DNA of 64,000 nucleotides from an uncultured delta proteobacterium (lineage in GTDB: Bacteria > Myxococcota_A > Polyangia > Polyangiales > Houyiibacteriaceae), in NCBI GenBank assembly GCA_963699755.1, contig CAVOVB010000005.1:64001-128000 (forward strand), written 5' to 3'. Shown here in pieces: positions 1 through 9,805 of the stretch. How positions within the stretch are numbered: position 1 is the stretch's first letter; the number at the start of each line of letters is the position of its first letter. Under the pieces are notes generated by a model, which did not search any database, was not told the origin of the DNA, and saw nothing but the letters and a program-made list of their open reading frames with translations. The position numbers were made by a program, and so were the translations under genes.

Positions 1-2420
1 TCGAGGGTACGGGTCTCCCCCAGGTCGAGCTGACGTTTCGTAATGTCGTCTTTGGTCCAGTCGTTCGGACCGATCGTCACGGACGGCCCCACCACGAGGT
101 CGCTGTCGTCCGCCTTGTAGATGTCTCCGTCGAGCTTGACCTTCTTGATGAAGTCCAAAGACGACGGGAAGTCCAGCGTGAACGTCTCTAAGGTGGCAAT
201 GCCGAAGGCGGAGTTGTTCGTGAGCTTCCACTTGATTTTGTCGTCCTCGAGCTTGTCGAGGACGATGCCCACGTCGCACGGCGGCGGCGGGAGCACGTCG
301 ACGGTGACGGGGTTGCTCGTATCCAGACAGACCACGCCGGGAGCCCCGGTGCCGTCGACCGTGGCCACGTTGGTCGTCGTCTCGGAGATGAACGCCGACG
401 CAATGAGGGTTTGGCTGTCGCCGGGCGCGAGCGAGTCGATGCCGCCGATGACGCCCAGCTGGTTGTCGTCAACGGTGATGTTGTCGACCGTTGCCGGCCC
501 GTTGTTGGTGACCACGTAAGCATAGGTCACGTTGGATCCGAGTCCGAGACCATCGAGCAGGAGCAGCTCGTTGGCACCGTATCGGTCCCCTGCCTGGAGC
601 GGCTGTGAGCACGAGGCGTGGAACTTGTTGAACTGGACGACGCCGTTCTGACCGAGCTCAATCTCGGGATCTCCCGACCGCGCCACATTGAAGGTCTCGC
701 CCGGCTGGAGCTCGAACACGGGATCCCCGTTCACCGACACCAAGACCGGTAGGTCGGGATCGATGAATCCGCCTGTGCAGGTCACCTTGTCGGCCTTCTG
801 GTCGTTGTCGCTGGCGCTGCAGTCACCACCGGCAACCCTGAACGTCAGGACGTCCGGCTTCTCGGGGAAGTCGCAGCTGGCGGGAATGGCGTTGAATGCG
901 CAGAGCGTCTCGCCCCCTTCGTCGTCGACGGTGCAATCGAGCACGTCGCCGCTGTCGTCGACGAAGCCTTCGAGCAGCCACTGGTTGATGAAACCGGGGT
1001 CGCCCTTGCCATCGCCTTGGTCTTTGCCGCAGTCCCGTCCAACGGGAGAGACCTGCTCCTGGTCTTCGTTCGTCTCCGTCGCCCCGTCCATGTCTTTGTC
1101 GGAGCACGAGACGTGGAAGGTCGACTGACCGACACCCGCAATGTTGACGATGGTGTCGTTCGTCGAGCCGTCGGTAAAGAAGGTTACCGCGTCACCCGGG
1201 TTGGCGGACAACGCACTGCTATCGACGAGACCGTCGCCGATCGCGATGTCGATGGGACCGGCGCCATTCCAGATCACGGTGAACTCCTTGAGCTTCCCTT
1301 CGCACTTTGCATCCGCCGCAGATGGCGGAGGTGGCAGCGCACAGGTCTTGGCCACCTCGAGGCCGCAGGGCACCAGCATGCAGTCGTCGGTGCAGAGCGG
1401 ATCGTTGGGGTCGTCGCACTCTTCACCGTCGTTCACGATCCCATCGCCACAATAGGTGCAGTTGTCTCTGCAAGCGTTCTGGTTTCCGGGCGGTGTGTCG
1501 GGCACGCTCCCAGGCGGGTCACAGGTCTCGCCCAGGCCGGGATCAACCACGCCGTCGCCGCAGGACGGAACCAGCATGCAGTCGTCACTGCAGAGCGGAT
1601 CGTTGGGATCGTCGCACTCCTCGCCGTTGTTCACGATGCCATCGCCGCAGTAAGTGCAGTTGTCACGGCAGGCGTTCTGGTTTCCGGGCGGTGTGTCGGG
1701 CACGCTCCCGGGCGGGTCACAGGTCTCCCCAGGATCGACGATGCCGTCGCCGCAGAACGGCTCCTCCTCGCAGTTGAGGTACGCCACGTCCATCGACACC
1801 TCATCGCACTGTGCGACATTGGGGTCGCACGGCTCAATCGTGGTCGTCTCGGTCGCCTTGTTCCTCTTGATACCTGGCGTATCGCAGCGTTCGGGCTGAT
1901 CGAGGTTCTCGAAGCCGTCGTCGACCTGCGTCACGATCACGGTTTCCAGCGGCTGCAGAATCCCCGGTCCAGCGCTGCCTGGGATGAGTGCATCCGCTAT
2001 GCCGAGATCGGGATCGTCGATCTTGGTATCGACGCACAGCTTGTCGTCGAAGCAGTTCGTGACGATGAAACGGTATATCGCACCGCCCCCGACGGCCTGC
2101 GTGGGAGCGGAGGCCTCATCATCTGCGTCGAACCAGGTCGTGCCACCGTCGACGCTGACCTGCTTTCTGAAAGCCTCGCACACGCACCACAGCTCGTAAT
2201 CTTCGCAGCAATCATTGTACTGCAGACACAGGTCGTCGCAGAAGCAGCCCGCCGGGCTCTGCCCTCCGCAGAAACCCTCACAGGTCGGTTCCGTCGCTGA
2301 GGCCGTGAGCGGAGTTGCCAGCACGGTCGCGAGAATCGCGACCAGAGTAAATACGCGGCCGAGGGGATTCGTTCCGCTCGTGTGCCGCGCGTGTGTCTTG
2401 CTATCAATGTTGGAATACAT
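1..2420 (-). CDS. Large secreted Cys-rich surface protein (somatomedin-B-like N-terminal domain, myxobacterial CGDG Cys-rich repeats, beta-sandwich repeats); 3' end runs off the window
   Basis: ATG at 2420 preceded by GAAAGGAG RBS. Signal peptide RVFTLVAILATVLATPLTASA, then CEGFCGG..CFCDDLC..YNDCCEDY and repeated CGDGIV..GEECDD. Same frame found at the segments checked by hand, down to position 1. Absent from the ORF track because its stop is outside the window. Confidence 0.85.
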   Translation of the reverse strand, partial: MYSNIDSKTHARHTSGTNPLGRVFTLVAILATVLATPLTASATEPTCEGFCGGQSPAGCFCDDLCLQYNDCCEDYELWCVCEAFRKQVSVDGGTTWFDADDEASAPTQAVGGGAIYRFIVTNCFDDKLCVDTKIDDPDLGIADALIPGSAGPGILQPLETVIVTQVDDGFENLDQPERCDTPGIKRNKATETTTIEPCDPNVAQCDEVSMDVAYLNCEEEPFCGDGIVDPGETCDPPGSVPDTPPGNQNACRDNCTYCGDGIVNNGEECDDPNDPLCSDDCMLVPSCGDGVVDPGLGETCDPPGSVPDTPPGNQNACRDNCTYCGDGIVNDGEECDDPNDPLCTDDCMLVPCGLEVAKTCALPPPPSAADAKCEGKLKEFTVIWNGAGPIDIAIGDGLVDSSALSANPGDAVTFFTDGSTNDTIVNIAGVGQSTFHVSCSDKDMDGATETNEDQEQVSPVGRDCGKDQGDGKGDPGFINQWLLEGFVDDSGDVLDCTVDDEGGETLCAFNAIPASCDFPEKPDVLTFRVAGGDCSASDNDQKADKVTCTGGFIDPDLPVLVSVNGDPVFELQPGETFNVARSGDPEIELGQNGVVQFNKFHASCSQPLQAGDRYGANELLLLDGLGLGSNVTYAYVVTNNGPATVDNITVDDNQLGVIGGIDSLAPGDSQTLIASAFISETTTNVATVDGTGAPGVVCLDTSNPVTVDVLPPPPCDVGIVLDKLEDDKIKWKLTNNSAFGIATLETFTLDFPSSLDFIKKVKLDGDIYKADDSDLVVGPSVTIGPNDWTKDDITKRQLDLGETRTL
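1372..1755 (-). repeat. Two tandem ~198-bp intragenic repeats encoding Cys-rich units (CGDG..GETCDPPGSVPDTPPGNQNACRDNCTYCGDG..EECDDPNDPLC)
   Basis: Near-identical segments at ~1372-1560 and ~1570-1755. Confidence 0.85.
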
Positions 2421-2800
2421 CGAGACTGTCTCCTTTCAGGGTATCAGTAACGAGCAAGCCGCGACGCTAACCGACCGCGCCTGATACGTGAAGTGACAAA
2501 TCAACCGGCAAGAACCAACTCTGCGAGATCACCATTTTCCGATTGCAGATCGGCAACGCCAAGCCCCAGACACGAGCTGTGAGATTCCAACGATCCAAAC
2601 AACTTAGGCCGCGAACCTGTTTCGAGTCTTGAATCTCGCACAGGGAGCACGTGCGAGCTCGACTGGATCTGAGCCAAGATCGAGATGACGGAGGACTCGC
2701 CGAATGGCGCTCGAGAGCACCCTTGCCCCGCATCGACATGTCAGTCGCTCAACCTGTACCGCTCACCCCAGGCGAGCACAAACATCTCGCCCGGCAGATG

Positions 2801-2904
2801 CTGATAGTCGATATAGACGCCCTCTCCGCTTCGCGTCTCCGGCGACTTAATATTCAGTACCGCGCAATTCGGCTCTCTGCTTGATCCCGATGGGCTAAGA
2901 GGCC
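2801..2904. repeat. 104-bp dispersed non-coding repeat, copy 1
   Basis: Ungapped match to 13415-13518: 84/104 identical by hand count, last 44 nt 42/44. Confidence 0.85.
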
Positions 2905-3139
2905 AGCCGACCGTTCAGCAACGATTTCGCTCCCATCGGCCGGCGGCTGCGCCGTGCGGTACGGCGGCGCGCCCATGTGTCTAGGCCAGGTCGAGACGGG
3001 GCGATTCTGGCCATTTGGCTAGAGCTTCAGAAAAAAGTGGCTCCTGGGCATTGACGCACCGCCGCGCGTCTGTAAGAACCGTGCAGGCAAGAACTTGGAC
3101 AAGACCTAGACATGACTTAGACGGGTCGGAGGAGGAAAT

Positions 3140-3949
3140 ATGAAGGCTACTAATAAGTTTTGGTTCAGCATCGTAGCGGCGGCTGCCCTGGCGGTCAGCG
3201 GATGCTCGGATGACGATAACGGAGCTGGCAACGGCGGAACGGGTGGAATGCCTGTGATGACGGGCAACGTGACCGCCGTTCACCTTGCGCCTGAAGTGCC
3301 TACCGCTGAGAGCACCGAGGTTGCCCTTTTCGTGGACGGCGTAGAGGCGACCAACCTTGGGACTCTGGCGTACTCGCAGAGCACCGGCAAGATCCCGCTT
3401 CCAGTCGGCACCTACGACATCGGCATCGGAGTGCCGGGCGGCGACGCTCCGCTTCTCTCGCTGGACGGCGTCGAGGTGACTGAGACGACCGACCTCGTGG
3501 TCGTGGCGTACCGCACGAACGACGAGCTGCCGGTCAAGGTCTTTGTGTTCGACAACAGCACCGAGGGCCTCGAGGCTGGGAGCGGTCTCGTCTTCGTCGG
3601 TCACGGCGCAAACGACCCGGCGCTCGACCCGGTTGATATCTCGCTCGGCGAGGACCCGGAATGTTCGACGCTGATTCCCGGCTTCGTGTTCGGCACCACT
3701 GCGCCAGCAGACGGGCTTCCACTGCCGGAAGGTTCCTACCAGATCGGCTTCGACCTCACGCCGGATGACGAGAACGACTGCGCGGACTTCGGTCCCGTGC
3801 CGGTGCCGGTGAACCCGGACGTGGTTAGCATCCTCATCGCGGTCGACGAGAACACCTCCAACGACCCGGAGGAGTTGAACCCTGAGCTCTGGGCCATCAT
3901 CCCCGATGCAGACGATCCGCAACCGATTCGCACCATCCAGACGCAGTAG
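3140..3949 (+). CDS. DUF4397-like lipoprotein
   Basis: GGAGGA RBS; lipobox AVSGC; VTAVHLAP and VFVGHGA motifs typical of DUF4397. Confidence 0.8.
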   Translation: MKATNKFWFSIVAAAALAVSGCSDDDNGAGNGGTGGMPVMTGNVTAVHLAPEVPTAESTEVALFVDGVEATNLGTLAYSQSTGKIPLPVGTYDIGIGVPGGDAPLLSLDGVEVTETTDLVVVAYRTNDELPVKVFVFDNSTEGLEAGSGLVFVGHGANDPALDPVDISLGEDPECSTLIPGFVFGTTAPADGLPLPEGSYQIGFDLTPDDENDCADFGPVPVPVNPDVVSILIAVDENTSNDPEELNPELWAIIPDADDPQPIRTIQTQ

Positions 3950-3970
3950 CGCCGCGTCTGCGACTAACGC

Positions 3971-4011
3971 AGAGGGGCCGCTCCTTCCGGGGAGCGGCCC
4001 TTTTCTTTTTT
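3971..4011 (+). terminator. Rho-independent terminator
   Basis: GGGCCGCTCC/GGAGCGGCCC stem followed by TTTTCTTTTTT right after the stop codon. Confidence 0.85.
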
Positions 4012-4226
4012 GGGAGTGGCACGCTGGCCGGTTTCCAGGTGACCGCCGGACTCAAGCCACCGATAGGGGCCGAGACTGGGTTGAAAAAGCGGGGCAGCCC
4101 CAACCGTGTGAGCAACTTCTGCCTCGCGCCGGTGATGGTCGATGGGGAGACGGACACCGTGTACGTTACGCTGCCATTGGCTTTGCGAGGCCAACCGGCA
4201 GCCCTGACATCGAGCTTCGCACCAAC

Positions 4227-5081
4227 TCAGGGCTGATACAGCTGGTCTATCTCCGAGTCTGACAAAGCGCGATTGTAGATGCGCACATCGTCTACGAGCC
4301 CGTCGAGGTAGGCTGGGTCGCCACTGATGATTTCCTCGAGGCCGATCCGCACGGGCTGGTCCGAGTCGACCTGAGCGGCCGCAAAGGTGTCGGATGCATC
4401 CTGCGTGCCGTTGATGAACAACTTCACGTCCGCACCGTCGTACACGACGCCAACGAATAGCCATTCCATCTCAGTCAGAGTGGTTTGCGAGTCCAATTCG
4501 TAGAGGCCTGGCCTGGGAAGGGTCAACCTGAGCTTGCCGCTCCTCACCGAAAGCACGAATGCGTCTCCACCGAAACCACCGGGTCCCCACTGACCGACAA
4601 TGCTCGCACTGGTGTTGTCATTCAGATAGATCCAGGCGGTTACCGTGAGCGGTTGATTGAAGTTGAAGTCTGCGCTGTCCGGGATCTCGATGTAGCCGCT
4701 TGTGCCGTCTAGTTGATAGGCGCTGTCGGCGCTCCCAAATCGATCCATAGCCAACGCGGCTCCGCCGACCGCGCTCCCATCATTGCCGTTTCCGCTTTCG
4801 TCCTGGGCATTGCCGCTGAAGGGATAGTAGGCCACGAGGCCGCTCGCGCCCGCTTGACCTCCTGCGCCGCCGATGCCGCCGATGCCACCCTGGCCCCCAG
4901 CGCCGCCGATGCCACCCTGGCCCCCAGCGCCGCCGATGCCACCCTGGCCGCCCGTGCCGCCGCTGCCAGCGCCACCCTCGCCGGCGGTGCCTCCATTACC
5001 GCCGTTTTCGGTGCTGGCGCAGCCTAGGCTCGCGAGCGCGAAGGAGAGTATGAACATTCGTGAAAGCCCTAGTCTCGTCAT
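4227..5081 (-). CDS. LamG/concanavalin-A-like lipoprotein with Gly-rich linker
   Basis: AAAGGAG RBS; lipobox SLGC; 27-bp repeats encoding GGIGGAGGQ; LVAYYPFSGNAQDESGNGN and LDGLVDDVRIYNRALS motifs. Confidence 0.85.
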   Translation of the reverse strand: MTRLGLSRMFILSFALASLGCASTENGGNGGTAGEGGAGSGGTGGQGGIGGAGGQGGIGGAGGQGGIGGIGGAGGQAGASGLVAYYPFSGNAQDESGNGNDGSAVGGAALAMDRFGSADSAYQLDGTSGYIEIPDSADFNFNQPLTVTAWIYLNDNTSASIVGQWGPGGFGGDAFVLSVRSGKLRLTLPRPGLYELDSQTTLTEMEWLFVGVVYDGADVKLFINGTQDASDTFAAAQVDSDQPVRIGLEEIISGDPAYLDGLVDDVRIYNRALSDSEIDQLYQP

Positions 5082-5141
5082 TTCTTCACTCCTTTGCTGC
5101 ACTCGCCGAGCAGCGAGTGCCGCTTGCGTTGTGTAGGTTGA

Positions 5142-5157
5142 AGCAAGTGACGTGCCA
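5142..5157 (-). promoter_or_regulatory. sigma54 (-24/-12) promoter for the LamG gene
   Basis: TGGCACGTCACTTGCT on the minus strand, exact GG-N10-GC, ~60 nt upstream of the start. Confidence 0.7.
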
Positions 5158-5277
5158 AGCGGAAGCGAGCGTTTCGCCGCCTCCTAGAGACTTGTGAGGC
5201 GCAAGTCCTGCGAATCTTCAACCACCGGCGCAGACCATGCGCAACGGGAAGCGAGACCTCGAGATCCGCGCTGACCG

Positions 5278-6005
5278 GTGCCGTCGATTTCGTGCCGAAT
5301 CGAGAGCCTGATTTCGCCCCAGCTCGTTGCGGAGATCAAAGAAGACCTGATTCCGCGCTTCGAATACGACTCCGGGCCCAACAATTTCGAGGGCTTCAGG
5401 ACGCAGCGGCTCTATGCGGCCTTCGAGAAATCGCTGGTGTGCAATCCACTGGTCGACCATCCGCTCATCCTCGGATGTCTCGACCGAATCTTCGAGCCCA
5501 ACTACCTGCTCTCGCAGCTTCAGGCGATCAACATCTTGCCCGGCGAAGTGCAGCAGCCCCTGCATCCCGACGATGCGTTCTACCGCGTGCCGCGCCCGCG
5601 GCCGCCGCTCGGAGCCGCGACGATTTGGGCCATCGACGACTTCACCAAGGAGAACGGCGCTACCGTGGTGATCCGAAGAGCCGCATCTGGGACGACCGCA
5701 TGCCGGGCGAGGCCGACCTCGCGGAGCTCAGGCCCGTCGTGATGCCCGCCGGGTCGGTGGTGCTTTTCGTCGGGACGCTTTGGCACGGCGGTGGCGCGAA
5801 CCGAAGCGACGCCGCGCGCCTTTGTGTATCGGCGCAGTGCTGCGCGCCATGGTGCCGCACGCAGGAAAACTACAGCCTGTCGCTCTCACGGGAAACCGTG
5901 AAGAAATGCAGCGAGCATATCCAACGGATGCTCGGCTACAGCATTCACGCGCCGTTCATGGGCTTCGTCGACGGGAAACACCCGCGCCGGCTGCGCGAGG
6001 ATTAG
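5278..6005 (+). pseudogene. Phytanoyl-CoA dioxygenase (PhyH) family, frameshifted near 5672 and probably 5'-truncated
   Basis: Frame A has INILPGEVQQPLHPDD..FTKENGATVVI; frame B continues PKSRIWD..GTLWHGGGAN..QEN. Confidence 0.75.
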
Positions 6006-6091
6006 ACAGCCGTGAGAAACGCGCGTCGAGCGCTTCTGGCTTCATCACGGCCTAACGCTAGCATGTTGCCAACGTGGCTGGGGTCGCCAAG

Positions 6092-6685
6092 TCAGAGTCC
6101 TAGAAGCGAGTTGATGGAGTTGTTCGCCAAGGGCAGGGTGGCAAGGGTCGTACCCACCAAGAGCCCATAGAGGGCGATCCGGGTTCCGGTGGAGACAGGC
6201 TGTCCGCTCTTGGCGCGCCGATGGCAGAACCAGAACACGAGGGCAGCTGCCATGGCAGCCTCGATCAGGAACGCGAAGATCGGTGCTTGCACATACAAGG
6301 CCATGCCGATTGGCCCGACGCCTCGGATCACGTCATGTGGGTAGCCAACAACGAGGTCACAAACCTCGTGGAACAACACCAGACCCATGCACCAAAGGGC
6401 GATGACCGGTTTTCGCCAGATGAGCCAAGTGGCGACCCCGAAGACCGCCACCCAGCCTAGGACCGGGAGCACGTCATGACTGAGGAACATATTTGTCTTT
6501 ACGCTGCTGAATGCAACGCTGAAGGCGTCCTCGGGTTTCATCGTTTCGATGCCGAGCGTCACGAACGTCACCATGAGCACGTCCAGAAACTGCGCGGCCA
6601 GCAGAAAAAACCAAAACGGAACCGGGTGAGCCTTTCGAGTGAGCTCGTACGGCACGAGCGCCGTGGCGAAGTGTCCCGCGATCAT
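6092..6685 (-). CDS. Membrane protein (YdjM-like metal-dependent hydrolase superfamily)
   Basis: MIAGHFA start, LSHD and FHEVCD motifs, several TM helices. Confidence 0.65.
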   Translation of the reverse strand: MIAGHFATALVPYELTRKAHPVPFWFFLLAAQFLDVLMVTFVTLGIETMKPEDAFSVAFSSVKTNMFLSHDVLPVLGWVAVFGVATWLIWRKPVIALWCMGLVLFHEVCDLVVGYPHDVIRGVGPIGMALYVQAPIFAFLIEAAMAAALVFWFCHRRAKSGQPVSTGTRIALYGLLVGTTLATLPLANNSINSLLGL

Positions 6686-6913
6686 GCCCGGTCTTCCCGG
6701 GCCATAACCCACGTCAGCGCCGCAAACATCGGAACGTAGATCGACCAGAGGAGTACTGTAGTGCTCACGAGTCGCCTCCCTGCCTCGGGGCCTTGTACCA
6801 TCAAACCCGGTCGAAACGGCCAATCAGAGGGAAATACGTGCCATCGACCCCTATTTTCTCAAAGCGCTGTCCGTCGCCAAATGGGAGCAGTGATGGTCAG
6901 GGCCGGACCGAAG

Positions 6914-7933
6914 TCACCGGCGAGAGAGCATGAAATAGTAGTGCTCGACGGGGTAGACTGCGGGTTTGCCTCGTGCGTCGAGGCAGGGGCGCGCGATCCC
7001 AGACGACAAACCCGAACGGCGGCGGGTTCTGCCTGCGACGGCCTTGAAGATGGGGCCGCTGTTCACTTCATCACAAGCGAGGCAGGCGTTCAAGCTCCCG
7101 TCGGGCAGCTTGTGCTTCGTGGGGAGCGTCGCAGTGCAAGTCCCCATGCACTTGTCGCGCGTGTTCTCGATGTTGAAGCTCCAGATCTGGGCGCAAGCAT
7201 CCGTGAAGCCGAGGTTCTTCAGGCAATTGAATTGCGTCTTGTCGCCGAACATCCCTTGCATGCCGCACCGGCGCCCGGCGCGGTTGAGGTTTCTTCGTTC
7301 GATGTAGGTGGCGAGGTCCTGAAACGAGGAGCAGGCCCCGCAACGGCCGCGATGGGTCACCTGAGCCCCCGCCGCGCGTGCCGCTCGTTCCGTTGGGAAC
7401 GTTTTGAGACGGTAGGTGCGTGCTGCTGGGCTCGCATCGACGGGGATGGCGGCGCAGTACGCCGGAGGGTCATCGCGCTCCTGGGGTGGTTCGACGAAGG
7501 GATCGGCCGGGAGCAGCGACGCCGGATTGAGGAGCCTCCAGCTGCGTAGCGCATGAGCGTCGTGTTCGTCGTACTCGGGCTCTGAAAACTCGAAGAAACC
7601 ACACTTGCACGAGGGAGCACAGCGCGGATCCGACTCCGATTGTGCCTCCGTGGAGCAGAAGAGGGTCGCGCAGGCTTGGTTCGCTTCACTCACGTGGCCG
7701 GGAGACCCAGGTGGGGCGCCGCCCCGCACTCCGCAGCCCGCCGACAACGGCACTACGGTTGTGGAGAGCACGCACAGCATCGCGTTTCGAGCCAAGGACC
7801 TGGGTTCTTGGCCCGCCATCTGTCCTAGAACCACGCTCGATTCTCCCGGTGCTTCGTCCTCGACGCAAGTGGACGACCCAGCGACCGACGGCTGCGCACA
7901 CTCGTTCAGGTCGGCTAGTCGACGCGTGCTCAT
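6914..7933 (-). CDS. Cys-rich secreted/lipoprotein hypothetical (start uncertain, possibly ~7780)
   Basis: CGACSS..CLACDEVNSGPIFKAVAGRTRRRSGL..RPC motif; possible lipobox LSAGC. Confidence 0.65.
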   Translation of the reverse strand: MSTRRLADLNECAQPSVAGSSTCVEDEAPGESSVVLGQMAGQEPRSLARNAMLCVLSTTVVPLSAGCGVRGGAPPGSPGHVSEANQACATLFCSTEAQSESDPRCAPSCKCGFFEFSEPEYDEHDAHALRSWRLLNPASLLPADPFVEPPQERDDPPAYCAAIPVDASPAARTYRLKTFPTERAARAAGAQVTHRGRCGACSSFQDLATYIERRNLNRAGRRCGMQGMFGDKTQFNCLKNLGFTDACAQIWSFNIENTRDKCMGTCTATLPTKHKLPDGSLNACLACDEVNSGPIFKAVAGRTRRRSGLSSGIARPCLDARGKPAVYPVEHYYFMLSRR

Positions 7934-8075
7934 GGGGTCAACTAGTGACCGACTTCGTTCGGCGCGCGTCCCACATACGTTCGAGCGATCGCGACACTAT
8001 TGCAGAGACGCGAAGCTCTGCGAGTTGTGAGAGCCATTCGGAATACCGTCCACGCTCACCCCCGAGATCACTTCA

Positions 8076-8125
8076 GTGTGAGGAACAGGGCTCAAACCTG
8101 CACGTCCAAAGGACACTGGAACCTA
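8076..8125 (-). pseudogene. Degenerate 3' half of a tRNA-Leu (att-site relic)
   Basis: TAG GT TCCAG (anticodon arm 3' side), variable arm GTCC-TTT-GGAC, T arm GCAGG-TTTGAGC-CCTGT, acceptor strand TCCTCAC-A; no 5' half. Confidence 0.7.
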
Positions 8126-8525
8126 TACGGACGCAAGGCGCCCTGCTTTCCTCGAATTCACTAAGGGAAAGATACCTCAGCAGACGTCCCGGGAAGCGGT
8201 TCAAAGACCCATTCGGGACAAGTTGTGGCAGGCGCAAGCGACGTCGTGACCATGTCCGAGGTGCGTGCTTGCGCCAAGGCGCTCGTGCCGCGCGTTGCTG
8301 CGGGTGGCGAAATCCCGATCGCTTCGCTGCGTGAGCTCGGCAACCTGGTGCTGCGCTCCGAGCTGATTGCCCTCAGCCGGCAGTTGCTCGACAGGCCGCC
8401 CGAGTTTGCCGTGAGGCGCACACTTGAGCTGGCGAGCTTGGTGTTGAACGTCCGAGTCGTTGGAGATAGATTTCGAGGAGGCAAACGAAAGCGACGGGTG
8501 AAGCGCGCGCAGCCTCTGAAAATGT

Positions 8526-8789
8526 CTACTCGCTCGGTGTTGCTTGCCAGTTGCCCATGCAGGTGCCGCCAGAGACAACCCCGACTTCTGCCTCGCCAAA
8601 TGCTCAGCTCCCATCGATGGTCCCGCGAATCACCCAGTACCCCGCGAGGCCGCCCTGTTCATTAACGAGCTCGAACATCCCGTCGACGATGGAGATCTCC
8701 TCGGTCGTCAGAAACCCGCCCTCGCACATGTCGGTGTCGAACTCGACCGCGAAAGAGTACGTCGGATCGGTGGAACACGTGCTGCCCGG
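8526..8789 (-). pseudogene. 3' fragment of an unknown secreted-type gene with internal TGA
   Basis: PGSTCSTDPTYSFAVEFDTDMCEGGF..IRGTIDGS*AFGEAEVGVVSGGTCMGNWQATPSE* with strong GC3 codon bias. Confidence 0.5.
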
Positions 8790-9078
8790 ACTCGAGAGAG
8801 TCGGCCCGGGCGAGGTGCTGGGCTGGTCATGGCTGTTCCCACCGCACGAGTGGTACTACAGCGCACGCGCCGTCCGGGAGACGAAGGCCATCGCTCTCGA
8901 CGCTCGTCGCCTGCGGGAAAGAATCGAGCGCGACCCGGGTCTCGGATACGAGCTGATGAAACGCTTCTCGGCGATCATGCTCAATAGACTAGAAGCCACC
9001 CGCATGCAGCTGATGGACATCTACGACATGTTCAGCCCAAGCCAACGGCTGAGCAAGCCCGCCCCGACCCGCCTCTGA
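8790..9078 (+). pseudogene. C-terminal half of a cyclic-nucleotide-binding (Crp-like) domain protein
   Basis: GPGEVLGWSWLFPPHEWYYSARA..LGYELMKRF..RLEATRMQLMDIY; N-terminal half missing. Confidence 0.7.
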
Positions 9079-9385
9079 GAGAGCCCACGCGCAGGGCGTT
9101 CGTCGCTACCAACGCCTTCGGCTCAGTGCCGAGCCACCTCGGGAGAGTCGCTACTTCGGCTTGCCGGACTGCGTCCCATGACCAATACCAGCGCCTATGC
9201 GTCCCGCGCGGAGCCTCGGAGGCCCACTTTCGTGCGATCACGCGCGGAGCCTAGTCGCCCAGCCGAGTCGAATTGGTGCCGCGCCCGTTCGAAGCCGAGG
9301 CCTTGCCGTGAATAACTTCGTTCCCGCCCGTGAGCTCGACGCTCGCAAGGGGTCGTACTCGAACATACCGAACAGGGGGCTACGG

Positions 9386-9703
9386 ATGAGCAGGATGTCC
9401 ATTATCACCGGGCTGTTGCTGCTGAGCACCGCCGCATGCGGTCGTTCGACGACGTCCGAGCAGGCGGCCGCGGAGCCGACGTATCCCGTGGAACCGTCCG
9501 AGCCGACCGAGCCCGCACAGCCCAACGAGGATTCCGAGGAAGTGGTCGAGGGATCGAGCGACCCCTACTACATGGGCGAAAGACGCGCGCCGGTCATTCG
9601 GCACGAAGTCCGCGAAGAGGTCCGCAGGGAAGACGAGGTCCGCGAGGATGTGGAAGCTGAGCATCGAGGCGAAGCAGCGCCTGTGGAACGCGGTCGCCGG
9701 TAG
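9386..9703 (+). CDS. Small acidic lipoprotein
   Basis: Lipobox TAACG, Pro/Glu-rich, upstream AGGGGG. Confidence 0.6.
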   Translation: MSRMSIITGLLLLSTAACGRSTTSEQAAAEPTYPVEPSEPTEPAQPNEDSEEVVEGSSDPYYMGERRAPVIRHEVREEVRREDEVREDVEAEHRGEAAPVERGRR

Positions 9704-9805
9704 GCCGCCGCCGACATCGCCGGCTTGGATGGAAAGTGTTTCGGGTCTACCGTCGATGAGAAAAAAGGGGCGACGATTATGCCCCGGACAGCAAGGAGAT
9801 ACGAA

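Noticed and set aside
1017..2300. 427-aa plus-strand ORF and many other long antisense ORFs (e.g. 23094-24989, 26787-28199, 54560-55882)
   Set aside because: Shadow frames of GC-rich genes on the opposite strand; no motifs
4860..4950. 27-bp tandem repeats resembling a CRISPR array
   Set aside because: No spacers; they encode the Gly-rich linker of the LamG protein
9770..9776. AAAGGGGCGAC match near 9765-9775 to the ncRNA terminator as a possible att duplicate
   Set aside because: Only ~11 bp in GC-rich DNA; could be chance
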